NCBI GenBank assembly: GCA_964349825.1
Contig: CAYGHM010000002.1
Span: 620 to 64,619, forward strand
Reading direction: 5' to 3'
From: an uncultured Gammaproteobacteria bacterium
GTDB taxonomy: Bacteria; Patescibacteriota; Patescibacteriia; Magasanikbacterales; UBA922
DNA length: 64,000 bases
A program made the translations under genes and the position numbers. Shown in pieces: positions 27,544 to 36,451 of the stretch (position 1 is the stretch's first letter; every line of letters starts with the position of its first letter). A model generated the notes under the pieces. It did no database searches, had not been told where the DNA came from, and saw nothing but the letters and a program-made list of their open reading frames with translations.

Positions 27544-28548
27544 CTAAGTTATTTTTCTAATAATTCCTCTGTTCGCATCAACCTCAATAATATCTCCATC
27601 TTTCAACAATTGCGTTGCAATCTTCGTTCCAATAACGCAAGGAATCTTCATCTCTCTAGAAACGATAGCGGCGTGACAGAGTAATCCACCCTCATCAGTA
27701 ACAAAGGCTCCGGCCAATTTCATTGCTGGTAAAAAATCCGGAGTTGTCATTGGCGAAACCAAAATATCACCCTGAAGTACTTTTGATAAATCTTCCTTGG
27801 TATACACAATTTTTACCTTTCCTATTACAGTGCCTTTATACCCTATCTGTCCGCTAATTTCTTTTGCATCAACAACGTCATCAGATGTCAATTCAAAGGC
27901 TTTTTCTGTTGCAAGTTTTTCTATACTGAGAGGATAAATATTTGCAGCACAATCCTCCACAAATAGATTGCTTACATCTGAAATTCTAGAAAATTCTATA
28001 TATTCTATTAATTGTTTTACCTGTATAACTTTTACCTGTTCTAAGGGTAACCCGCTTGATACAAGAGATCTTCTTATAAAATCATCAGCGAGGCTCCAAA
28101 GATCATCTCCTTCTCTCTGTTCTTTACTCCAGCTACGTATATCATCCGGCCATTCTTCTGTCATTGAAGAAATAAACATGACGTGATTTGAAAAACGAAG
28201 GTCGTTAAATAGTCGACACATTTCCAAAACGTCTTTTGGATATACATCTTTTTTTTCTGAAAGTTTTCTTATGCTTTCGGCGATTCGTGTATAATCTTTT
28301 TTTGTTTGTTCAAATAATACACTATCAGTAAGTAGGCTATCTTTTATCTTATTATTCCAGTAATCAAACGATTCCTTGTTTAACCAAAATTCAACAACTC
28401 CATTTTTTACATACTTCAGGACCGGACTACTCAACACCGGATCAAAAGAATCAACCAAGGCTTCTGGAAAATGATAAAAACCAGAAGATGCTAGTAAAAA
28501 TGTAATATCTCTGGAATATGTTTTTTCAAAAACAATTTTTTTATTCAC
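27544..28548 (-). CDS. PEP-utilising-enzyme swivel-domain protein, paralog 1 (shortest, 334 aa)
   Basis: C-terminal GDILVSPMTTPDFLPAMKLAGAFVTDEGGLLCHAAIVSREMKIPCVIGT. Confidence 0.75.
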   Translation of the reverse strand: MNKKIVFEKTYSRDITFLLASSGFYHFPEALVDSFDPVLSSPVLKYVKNGVVEFWLNKESFDYWNNKIKDSLLTDSVLFEQTKKDYTRIAESIRKLSEKKDVYPKDVLEMCRLFNDLRFSNHVMFISSMTEEWPDDIRSWSKEQREGDDLWSLADDFIRRSLVSSGLPLEQVKVIQVKQLIEYIEFSRISDVSNLFVEDCAANIYPLSIEKLATEKAFELTSDDVVDAKEISGQIGYKGTVIGKVKIVYTKEDLSKVLQGDILVSPMTTPDFLPAMKLAGAFVTDEGGLLCHAAIVSREMKIPCVIGTKIATQLLKDGDIIEVDANRGIIRKIT

Positions 28549-28638
28549 ACTGTTTGAATCTTATTCAATCAAAATTAAATTACACTTCTCCTTCATCGTA
28601 TTTTACAAATAACTTTCAAATATATTTGGATATAAATT

Positions 28639-29583
28639 TTACCCCAAAGTCGTAATTGGTCGACTCTGCACAACATAAATAGTACTGTTCTGCATTGCCC
28701 ATTCAATATCACAAGGGAAACCATAGTGCTTTTCAATGCGCATAATCACATCCGACAATTCAACAATCTGTCGACCGGATAATTTTTGCACTGCCTTTTT
28801 ATTATCTTCAACATCTACCCATTCATTACCGCCCTCTGACTTTCGTACCATCATGCGTTCCTGATCAGCAATATTAATATCGAGAATATTACGTGGTTCT
28901 TTTTCCAATACATAACTATCTGGCGTAATCTGTCCGGACACCACTGCTTCTCCCAATCCCCAACCCGCTTCGATAATCATTTGATTATAATCTTGTGTTA
29001 CCGGGTGAACAGAAAATGCGATACCAGAAATTTCTGACTGAACCATCACTTGCACCACAACCGCCACTGAGACGTGGGTTTCACTAAATCCTTTTTCAAA
29101 TCGGTAAAAAATCGCACGCGGCGTAAACAATGATGCCCAACAACGACGAACATTCGTAAGTAAATTTTCTTCGTTTGTATTTAAATAACTTTCCAACTGT
29201 CCTGCCCACGCAGCCTCTGCTCCATCTTCTGCTGTCGCACTCGATCGAACCGCGACATATTCAGCATTCAATCCGTGAAATGATTCAATAATTGATTTTC
29301 CCAAATCTTCAGGAAAAGCCACATTCAAAATAAGCGCATGGATCTGCTCAGAAGCGTTTTCAATCGTATGAATTTCTTGAACATTTACCTTGCCTAAAAT
29401 CGCATTGATCTCTACATTCAAATCAGTTTCTTCAATAAAACGATCAAAAGCAGGAGCGGTAACAACAAATCCTGGAGGTACTGGAATGCCTGCTCGAGTC
29501 ATTTCTCCGAGAGAAGCACCCTTTCCTCCGGCAATATCAACATGATCTTTGGAAAGCTCAGTAAAAGGAACTACGTATTGCAT
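28639..29583 (-). CDS. stand-alone ATP-grasp nucleotide-binding domain protein of PEP synthase / pyruvate phosphate dikinase N-terminal type
   Basis: MQYVVPFTELSKDHVDIAGGKGASLGEMTRAGIPVPPGFVVT...AVRSSATAEDGAEAAWAGQ...FSVHPVT...IEWAM is the PPDK_N/PpsA N-terminal signature. It is the first gene of the five-gene operon. Confidence 0.8.
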   Translation of the reverse strand: MQYVVPFTELSKDHVDIAGGKGASLGEMTRAGIPVPPGFVVTAPAFDRFIEETDLNVEINAILGKVNVQEIHTIENASEQIHALILNVAFPEDLGKSIIESFHGLNAEYVAVRSSATAEDGAEAAWAGQLESYLNTNEENLLTNVRRCWASLFTPRAIFYRFEKGFSETHVSVAVVVQVMVQSEISGIAFSVHPVTQDYNQMIIEAGWGLGEAVVSGQITPDSYVLEKEPRNILDINIADQERMMVRKSEGGNEWVDVEDNKKAVQKLSGRQIVELSDVIMRIEKHYGFPCDIEWAMQNSTIYVVQSRPITTLG

Positions 29584-29686
29584 ATGAATAAATAGGTATA
29601 ATTATAGATAAATAATAGTAAATTTAGCGAAATTTGTCCAGCTCACGGCTCAAAAATAAAATGACGAGGTTTACCCCGTCATCCTT

Positions 29687-30070
29687 CTATTTCTTCTTCG
29701 TAATATTCGGCTCGGCACTATACTCCGGCAATATATACATTCCCGGCTTCTGTCGGAGTAATGTTTTAATCATATCCTGAGGCATTTTTGCCTGTTCTCC
29801 GGTTATGGCAAGAAGTGGCATATGAAACACATAGCCAAATGTATTTGCCACCGTCACCGCAATACGGGTACTGCTAAATCCTCCCGCCCCCACGACTACC
29901 AGTATACCTCGAATCTCTTCGACCTTCCGACCTAGTTCCGTTAAAAATAAGTCAATACAGGTAAGCACTTCACGGTTCATCACCTGATACATTTTTCTCT
30001 CAATTTTTTGCTCATCAAAAAAAGCCAGGACAATCTGGTCACGCACTGAGGTGTCAATAACTAGATACAT
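29687..30070 (-). CDS. tsaB: short TsaB/YeaZ-like protein (t6A biosynthesis partner of TsaD), N-terminal domain only
   Basis: MYLVIDTSVRDQIVLAFF...VVVGAGGFSSTRIAVTVANTFGYVFHMPLLAI parallels YeaZ MRILAIDTA...GPGSFTGVRIG... Confidence 0.55.
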   Translation of the reverse strand: MYLVIDTSVRDQIVLAFFDEQKIERKMYQVMNREVLTCIDLFLTELGRKVEEIRGILVVVGAGGFSSTRIAVTVANTFGYVFHMPLLAITGEQAKMPQDMIKTLLRQKPGMYILPEYSAEPNITKKK

Positions 30071-30078
30071 GGGATTTT

Positions 30079-30185
30079 AAGAGAATGAAGAATGAAGAAT
30101 AGAGAATAGAGAATAGAGTAAAATGCATTTAATTTATTCTTCATTCTTTATTCTCTGTTCTTAATTCTCTGTTCTTAATTCTCTA
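30079..30185. repeat. GAATAGA/GAATGAA-type long palindrome (family copy 4)
   Basis: aagagaatgaagaatgaagaatagagaatagagaatagag...ttattcttcattctttattctctgttcttaattctctgttcttaattctct. Confidence 0.6.
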
Positions 30186-30187
30186 CA

Positions 30188-30790
30188 CTAAACATCAAGT
30201 TTATTCACCACTTTAAAATTCTTCCCCTCAAACATGCTGAATAAAAACTTATCCATCATCTCACGACGGTCACGAAATTCACGTTCTGTCATGAGGGTAT
30301 AACGGATTTCATTGCCGCTTTCTTTTTCATACTCTTCGATCATGCGGGCAATAGTATTTTCTTTGAGGTCGCCAACGATAAGCATGTCACTGGTGGCATC
30401 GTATTCACCTACGAACCTTCCGGCGAGAATGAGAAGCAATACAGAACCGCTCTTATCTTGAAGGGTTCGCAAAAATTGCTGTTCTTCCATAACCTGCGCC
30501 TTCATAATAAGCTGGTGCAATTCCGGATGCATAAGAGACCCAGTATTGAGCTGATAGTATTTTCTCAATGTCGATCCTGCTTTATATTTGTCTGACCGTT
30601 TCTGATCTTCCGCTTCAATAATAATATCAGCATCAAGAAGAAGCTGCAGTTCACGACGAATCGCATTGATCTGGGTATCAATCTGACGCGCCAATTCACG
30701 AACAAAAAAAGTCTTCTCAGGATTGTGGAAGAAGAGCTTCAATAACTTAACCCGGGTTTTTGAACCAAAAAGGTGTTCAAGCATACTAAA
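30188..30790 (-). CDS. winged-helix DNA-binding protein (putative transcriptional regulator)
   Basis: MFSMLEHLFGSKTRVKLLKLFFHNPEKTFFVRELARQIDTQINAIRRELQLL has HTH character. The start was moved to the internal Met because the listed 5-prime extension runs through the MITE copy. Confidence 0.45.
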   Translation of the reverse strand, partial: FSMLEHLFGSKTRVKLLKLFFHNPEKTFFVRELARQIDTQINAIRRELQLLLDADIIIEAEDQKRSDKYKAGSTLRKYYQLNTGSLMHPELHQLIMKAQVMEEQQFLRTLQDKSGSVLLLILAGRFVGEYDATSDMLIVGDLKENTIARMIEEYEKESGNEIRYTLMTEREFRDRREMMDKFLFSMFEGKNFKVVNKLDV

Positions 30791-30909
30791 CATGCGAACT
30801 ACGAAAAATACGAAAGTACGAACAATACAAAGCGAAAATGATTCTGAACTGACAAATTTACAAGTTACCCCCATTTCGTAATTTCGTCCCATTTCGTAAT
30901 TCGCATGTT
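30788..30909. mobile_element. MITE-like repeat copy C (diverged, with internal ACGAA/TTTCGTAA direct subrepeats) in the divergent promoter region
   Basis: aacatgcgaactacgaaa...tttcgtaattcgcatgtt; its right end abuts TTGTCT-N17-TATAAT just upstream of the 30968 gene. Confidence 0.5.
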
Positions 30910-30967
30910 TGTCTATCACGATTACATAGAGTATAATACCGCTAGGCCCAAAAGTCAAAGTATCATT

Positions 30968-33232
30968 ATGAGCCATCTTGAACTACAGGAGTTTTTCGTT
31001 GAAGGGCACGAACAGCGGACATCCCACGTCCTCCTCCATATTACTGAACCGAGCACAGCCGATGAATTGGCCAAAGGCTATTTTTTTGCGTTGATAGAAA
31101 TTAATAGCGCAACTATCGGAAATATAGAGAAATTTCAAAAGATGATTGATGATATTGAAAAGGGATATTATGAAACCGATCACGGTGATGAAAAAGACCC
31201 TTTTGAAGCAACTCTGGAATTTATTAATCGACGTTCAGAGCAATTGCTCGAAGAAAAAATTGAAGTAAACGCCCTTATCGGCGTTATTCGAAACAATACT
31301 CTCGCCTTCGCAGTACATGGAAATCCACATGCCTATCTCTTTTACCGTCAAAAACAAGAGTTTGGCAGTGTAAATATTTTGGAAGGTAATGATGCACAGC
31401 ATACTCGTGAATTATTTCCTTCTGTTCTTCAGGGCAATCTCAATGCAGGTGATTTCCTCTTTGTAGGAACTCCACATGTTATAGAATTCATTGCGCCAGA
31501 CCGATTACAAAAACTCATCACTTCCCGTTCCACCAAACAAAGTTCGGAACATATTCAAAAAGTATTATCAGATACTAATAGCGAATATTCTTTTGGTGGT
31601 ATTATATTCCGTATTCTTCCTCATTCAGAGAAAATACCGCCAACATTCCAACAAAAAGCAAACACCCCACAAGGGTCAGAGGCATCACTGAATAAACTCA
31701 TGCACGCAAAACAACAAACAGCAGAAACACTGTCCCCGCCCGTATTCCGTCAATTACTTCGTCGCATCAAAGAAAAAATGGGGCAAGAAAAACAGACCAA
31801 TACCACCTCCACTCATACCACCAGACACTCGTCTGCCCCTTCCATTGCTAAACAGCATCAATATGACGAATCAACAAAGCATGTGCCAAAACATACTGGA
31901 CCAGAAGAAACAATTTCCAACGCTCTTCTCATTGGTTTCGGTCGTGCAATTGTTATTGGCTTGGTTGGATTTGGCAAAACAATCAAATACATCGTCCTCA
32001 CGCTAGTAAAACTTCTTATCGGACTCTTCATCCTTATTACTAATAAAAACAATAGTCGCAAAGAGGTCGTCCGATCTATGCAAACAAAAGGAAGAAACCT
32101 TCTTGATATCTTTGAAAACCTTCCTGTAATCAGTAAATTCCTATTTGTTCTTACCATATTTGCTGTTATTATTTTTAGTATTAGCCTCAGCACGCTGCAT
32201 ATTCGCAGACAATACGTGGTGAAACAAGAAACATACAAAAATATTATCAGCGCTGTGCAAAATAAAAAAGATGCAGCTGAAGCAAGTATTATTTACGACG
32301 ATAATACAACTGCCCTTACCCTTCTTACCGAGGCTCGCGATCTTCTCAACCAATTACCAGAAAAAGACAAAAAAGCTGATGAACAAAAATCACAATTTGA
32401 ACAAAGCATTCAAGAAAGTTTAAGAAAAGTACAAAAAATGAAAGAGGTATCACCAGAACTCATTACGTCTCTCGGAAGTCCGGGAAAACAAGTGGGTACA
32501 GAAAAATTGGTTCGTATAGATGATACACTCATTGCGTATGGACCAAATGATCCTCTCTTATACCGTGTTAATGTAAATACAAAAGCAATGGAAGAAACAA
32601 ATCACGAAACAATGACCGGACTTCGCATTGCCTCGACACCAAAAGAACAGGATACCATTGTATTTATTCATGCAGACAATCGTATTGCTACCTATCAAAA
32701 AGACTCTGGATTACTTTCACCAAAAACAATTGGCTATCCAGGAACCACTACCAATATTGTGGATGCGTTTATCTACAATGTAAAACTTTATACACTTGAT
32801 CAGAGTACCAATCAAATATACAAGCATAGCAAAACGCAAACTGGTTATGACAAAGGAACAGCATGGTTAAAAACAACAACTGACTTATCACAAGCACAAT
32901 CATTTGCCATTGACGGTGATATGTTTATATTGAACAAGGATGGCAACATCCTTAAATTTACCAGTGGCGAACAGCAGACATTTACCATTTCTGGACTTGA
33001 ACCAGCGCTCGATGAGCCATCACAACTCTGGACGTACAATGAGGTAAAAAATATCTACATTCTGGAACCAAAAAATAAACGTGTTGTTGTGCTTGATAAA
33101 ACAGGAAAGCTCGTTCAGCAATACACCTCTTCTTCTTGGCTTAAACCTACTGACATGGTGATTGATGAAACAGGTAAAACAGCATACATATTAGACGATA
33201 ATAAAATATATTCCTTTGCTTTAGAAAAATAA
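30968..33232 (+). CDS. large hypothetical membrane protein: N-terminal cytoplasmic domain, central TM pair, C-terminal beta-rich extracytoplasmic domain
   Basis: Start MSHLELQEFF; TM helices LLIGFGRAIVIGLVGFG and LFVLTIFAVIIFSISL; no catalytic motif recognised; 755 aa. Confidence 0.45.
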   Translation: MSHLELQEFFVEGHEQRTSHVLLHITEPSTADELAKGYFFALIEINSATIGNIEKFQKMIDDIEKGYYETDHGDEKDPFEATLEFINRRSEQLLEEKIEVNALIGVIRNNTLAFAVHGNPHAYLFYRQKQEFGSVNILEGNDAQHTRELFPSVLQGNLNAGDFLFVGTPHVIEFIAPDRLQKLITSRSTKQSSEHIQKVLSDTNSEYSFGGIIFRILPHSEKIPPTFQQKANTPQGSEASLNKLMHAKQQTAETLSPPVFRQLLRRIKEKMGQEKQTNTTSTHTTRHSSAPSIAKQHQYDESTKHVPKHTGPEETISNALLIGFGRAIVIGLVGFGKTIKYIVLTLVKLLIGLFILITNKNNSRKEVVRSMQTKGRNLLDIFENLPVISKFLFVLTIFAVIIFSISLSTLHIRRQYVVKQETYKNIISAVQNKKDAAEASIIYDDNTTALTLLTEARDLLNQLPEKDKKADEQKSQFEQSIQESLRKVQKMKEVSPELITSLGSPGKQVGTEKLVRIDDTLIAYGPNDPLLYRVNVNTKAMEETNHETMTGLRIASTPKEQDTIVFIHADNRIATYQKDSGLLSPKTIGYPGTTTNIVDAFIYNVKLYTLDQSTNQIYKHSKTQTGYDKGTAWLKTTTDLSQAQSFAIDGDMFILNKDGNILKFTSGEQQTFTISGLEPALDEPSQLWTYNEVKNIYILEPKNKRVVVLDKTGKLVQQYTSSSWLKPTDMVIDETGKTAYILDDNKIYSFALEK

Positions 33233-33534
33233 ACACATGTTTATCTATCGGTGTAAATCTTCTATCCTTGACAAAAGGACCTCTTCATCTAAGAAGAATT
33301 CAAGAGAACGGAACTCCGTTCTCCGAAGAAGTCAAACAATAGATACAGGAAATGATCGTCGTTGGAGAAACCCAAATCCCCTTTGATGAAATCAGATCTC
33401 TCACAGCTGCGATAAAAAACGCCCGGCAAAGCGGTCGAGGAGTTTGAAAGAGTGTTGCCTCGCTCTCTCCCCTACCAGTGTATATAACATGTCATGAATA
33501 CCAATGTCGCAAATACAGGCACATTAATAAATTA

Positions 33535-33571
33535 AAAAACCTCTCCGATATTCTCGGAGAGGTTTTTTTAT
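33535..33571. terminator. intrinsic terminator downstream of rplL (bidirectional)
   Basis: aaaaaaCCTCTCCGAtattcTCGGAGAGGttttttt. Confidence 0.7.
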
Positions 33572-33582
33572 CGATTGAACGA

Positions 33583-33990
33583 TTATTTCAAATTTACTTT
33601 TCCACCAGCGTCTTCGATTTCTTTCTTCAAAGCTTCTGCTTCTGCTTTTGGAAGTCCTTCTTTGATCACTTTTGGAGCAGCATCAACGAGACCTTTTGCC
33701 TCAGCAAGTCCGAGACCGGTTACGTTCTTTACCACTTTGATCACAGCGATCTTGTTTGCACCACATTCAGTAAGTTCAACATCGAATGAAGATTTTTCTT
33801 CTGCTGCTGGAGCTGCCGCACCTGCTGCTGGAGCCGCCATCATCATTGCTGGAGCTGCTGCGCTAACACCGAATTTGTCTTCAAGAACTTTTACAAGTTC
33901 TGAAAGATCAAGAACAGACATTTTTTCAACTTGCTCAACGAGCGCCTTGAATTTCTCTGGTACTTCTACCATTGTTTTTTCTTCTGACAT
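33583..33990 (-). CDS. rplL: 50S ribosomal protein L7/L12
   Basis: Ala-rich hinge followed by C-terminal [34 protein letters not shown]. Confidence 0.95.
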   Translation of the reverse strand: MSEEKTMVEVPEKFKALVEQVEKMSVLDLSELVKVLEDKFGVSAAAPAMMMAAPAAGAAAPAAEEKSSFDVELTECGANKIAVIKVVKNVTGLGLAEAKGLVDAAPKVIKEGLPKAEAEALKKEIEDAGGKVNLK

Positions 33991-34031
33991 AAAAAAATAA
34001 TTATATTCTGTTAGTATATTTAGCCGTATTA

Positions 34032-34556
34032 TTAGGCTGGTTTCTGATCTTTGATCGCATTCAAGACGTTTGCAAGTCCACGGAGGTTACCAGCAAGCAC
34101 ATTCACGAAGCCGGATACCGGCGCGTTCAATGTACCAACCAATTGACCAAGGAGCTGCTGTTTGCTTGGAAGTGCAGAAAGTTGTGACACTTTAACACCA
34201 TCAATAAACTGTCCTTCAAGAATACCACCAAAAACCTTCACGACATCATGACTTTTCGCGAATTTCGCGACGATCTGTGCTGGCGCTACTTCATCTTTCA
34301 TTCCAAGAAATACTGCGACACCACCTTCAAATTCTTTGGTATCAATATCGTATCCAGCATTCTGGAGTGCGATTTTTACCAAGGTTTTCTTGCTGGCAGC
34401 GTAGTATACGTCTTGATCTTTACAGATGCCTCGGAGCTCGTCAATATCTTCCATCTTCAATCCTTGAAAATTCGCAAATACTGCGGATTTTGCAGATTGG
34501 AGATTCTGGGAGATAATGTCTACCGCTTCCTGTTTTTGTTGTCGGGTCTTTGCCAT
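34032..34556 (-). CDS. rplJ: 50S ribosomal protein L10
   Basis: [33 protein letters not shown]; adjacent to and upstream of rplL. Confidence 0.9.
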   Translation of the reverse strand: MAKTRQQKQEAVDIISQNLQSAKSAVFANFQGLKMEDIDELRGICKDQDVYYAASKKTLVKIALQNAGYDIDTKEFEGGVAVFLGMKDEVAPAQIVAKFAKSHDVVKVFGGILEGQFIDGVKVSQLSALPSKQQLLGQLVGTLNAPVSGFVNVLAGNLRGLANVLNAIKDQKPA

Positions 34557-34729
34557 ATTGTAACCCAAAAAAATAAAAAATCTCTGGCACTACCAAAGAC
34601 TAAGTACAATCGACCTAAGAGAAAAATCTCTTAATTTTGCACCTCGGTAGCACTTATCCCCGAAGGGTGGCTACTGTCTTCAGTAATGAGTTGTGAAGAC
34701 ATAATACTATATATGCTGGCCGCTGTCAA
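34557..34729 (-). promoter_or_regulatory. rplJ promoter (TTGACA-N17-TATTAT at 34701-34729, minus strand) plus structured L10-leader-like 5-prime UTR
   Basis: Minus strand: cTTGACAgcggccagcatatatagTATTATg followed by a GC-rich stem region, GAAGACAGTAGCCACCCTTCGGGGATAAGTGCTACCGAGGTGC. Confidence 0.5.
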
Positions 34730-34794
34730 GAGTAAGAACTTTTCACCTCTTTTCTCTAAAATAAGCAAAAATCCCCATTTCTGAGGATTTTATA

Positions 34795-35148
34795 TTACGC
34801 AAGTGAAACCCGTTCTTTCAATTGAATTATATCCCGGCCCATAGCATTCAAATCCTCAAACGTGTTCTTTTTTAAAATTTTCACATCCGTCTCAATTCGC
34901 TGAGTTCTCTCATCAATAACACGCACTTCACCACGAAGAGAGCCGACTTCGTCACGAAGAGCATTAAATTCATCCTTTGTAGCAAAATTCTTTAACTCTT
35001 CCTTGAGATCATCCTTCAAAACAATATTCTCACGCAAAAAATCATTAAACTGAACCTGATCATTTATAAACACACGAACCTCAGCTGCGAAACCCCGCAT
35101 CTCGCTCATGAATTGAGGGAGCTTAGATAATACATCCTCCTTTGGCAT
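34795..35148 (-). CDS. hypothetical coiled-coil protein
   Basis: Charged heptad-like sequence, no motifs; 117 aa. Confidence 0.4.
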   Translation of the reverse strand: MPKEDVLSKLPQFMSEMRGFAAEVRVFINDQVQFNDFLRENIVLKDDLKEELKNFATKDEFNALRDEVGSLRGEVRVIDERTQRIETDVKILKKNTFEDLNAMGRDIIQLKERVSLA

Positions 35149-35280
35149 ATATGTATCGTTAAGATAATAATAAAATGATTATACTCCATCGAATATATTC
35201 TCTGTCAAGAAAATGCAACAAAATAGGGATATTTTAAACAAAACAGTTAAAAAACACCCCGACTGAGTCGGGGTGTTTTT

Positions 35281-35355
35281 TGGTAGCGCCAAGGGGAATC
35301 GAACCCCTGTTCCCAGGATGAAAACCTGGTGTCCTGACCACTAGACGATGGCGCC
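35281..35355 (-). tRNA. tRNA-Glu (TTC), CCA encoded
   Basis: Reverse complement GGCGCCATCGTCTAGTGGTCAGGACACCAGGTTTTCATCCTGGGAACAGGGGTTCGATTCCCCTTGGCGCTACCA; anticodon loop UUUUCAU. Confidence 0.8.
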
Positions 35356-35426
35356 ATAACAATTTTGTAACAACGAGATTATATAAGAAGTAGACATAGT
35401 TGTCAAGTGTCATTTTTCTAATATCG

Positions 35427-35455
35427 TTGACTCCATACCACATTTCTGGTATAAA
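35427..35455 (+). promoter_or_regulatory. sigma70-type promoter TTGACT-N17-TATAAA for GC-rich cassette 4
   Basis: cgTTGACTccataccacatttctggTATAAAt. Confidence 0.45.
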
Positions 35456-35531
35456 TCTCTCAATTCTCTTAACCATGGTGGTGTAGGGAAATACAGTGCA
35501 GATGCGGTCAAAAACCGCATGCGAGGACAAG

Positions 35532-36314
35532 ATGAAAACTACCGCCCAAGGCCATTCGATCGTCAATGTTCATGACATGATGCGGCTGATCCGCGAGCAT
35601 GCAGCCACGCACAGGGCGCACGGCTACGCGCCTGTGTTCTGTCTGGACGTGGACGGTCTCCTGATGGACAATCGACACCGGACCCTGGCCATCCTGCGCG
35701 AACTCGTCCTGGAGGCAGACATCCCCTGGTTCACTCAGGCCATGAGCCAGATGACCCTGGAGGATATCGGCTACGGCGCAAAAGAGACGGTTCGGGGCCT
35801 GCATCAGAAATATGGCTTCGATCCCGTCTACACGTCGAAGGTGATGGTCGAGGAACTTGCCAACACGGTCTACAAGTTCTGGTTCGATCGGTTCTTCACC
35901 AACGAGTATCAGGTCCATGATGTCCCCATCATCGGCGCCCTCCGCCTCGTACAGGAGCTTCGAGACGCCGACATCGGCATCGTGTATGTCACAGGCCGGG
36001 ACGAACCGGGCATGGGAGTCGGGTTCCGAAACTCGCTCCAGCAGCATGGCTTCCCTCTCCCCGGCACGGAGGGGGTGCGCGCGATCCTGAAACCCAAATT
36101 CGAGATGAAAGATCCGGAGTTCAAGAAGAACACGCTCGAACTGCTCCAAACGATTGGTATGCGCGTCATTGGCCTCCTCGACGACAACACGCACAACGTG
36201 AACATCGTCGTGGACCTCTGCAACCTGCCCATTCTCTACGTCAGCTCCTCGGTTTCAACACTCACCAACCTCCACCCCGGAGCATTGGTGCTCGAGAGTT
36301 TCACCACCAGCTAG
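35532..36314 (+). CDS. GC-rich HAD-superfamily hydrolase-like protein
   Basis: GAGGA SD before ATG (MKTTAQG); HAD motif I FCLDVDGLLMDN; a later GRDEPG...LDDN. A GC-rich terminator CGCCCGCC...GGCGGG plus T-run follows. Confidence 0.5.
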   Translation: MKTTAQGHSIVNVHDMMRLIREHAATHRAHGYAPVFCLDVDGLLMDNRHRTLAILRELVLEADIPWFTQAMSQMTLEDIGYGAKETVRGLHQKYGFDPVYTSKVMVEELANTVYKFWFDRFFTNEYQVHDVPIIGALRLVQELRDADIGIVYVTGRDEPGMGVGFRNSLQQHGFPLPGTEGVRAILKPKFEMKDPEFKKNTLELLQTIGMRVIGLLDDNTHNVNIVVDLCNLPILYVSSSVSTLTNLHPGALVLESFTTS

Positions 36315-36451
36315 TAAGTGTTCCCGACTGGATGTCGAGACACTTCGCACAAGAGAACGCCCGCCCAGCCTTTTAGGTTGAGGCGGGTTGTTCATTTTTA
36401 TAGACAAAATAAAATATTCTTTTTTAAAGATACGCCAAACAAATCTACTTT

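Noticed and set aside
30791-30976. N-terminal 62 aa of listed ORF 30188-30976 and the first 21 aa of ORF 30905-33232
   Set aside because: Both run through the MITE-like copy C. Internal Met starts (30790 on the minus strand, 30968 on the plus strand) give sensible N-termini.
33478-34000. ORFs 33478-33789(+) and 33575-34000(+) antisense to rplL
   Set aside because: Ala-codon-rich antisense artefacts of the L7/L12 hinge region.
35234-35566. 110-aa minus-strand ORF
   Set aside because: It overlaps the tRNA-Glu gene and the cassette 4 promoter, so it is spurious.
35508-36194. 228-aa minus-strand ORF antisense to the HAD-like gene
   Set aside because: High-GC antisense artefact. The plus-strand frame has the HAD motif, SD and promoter.
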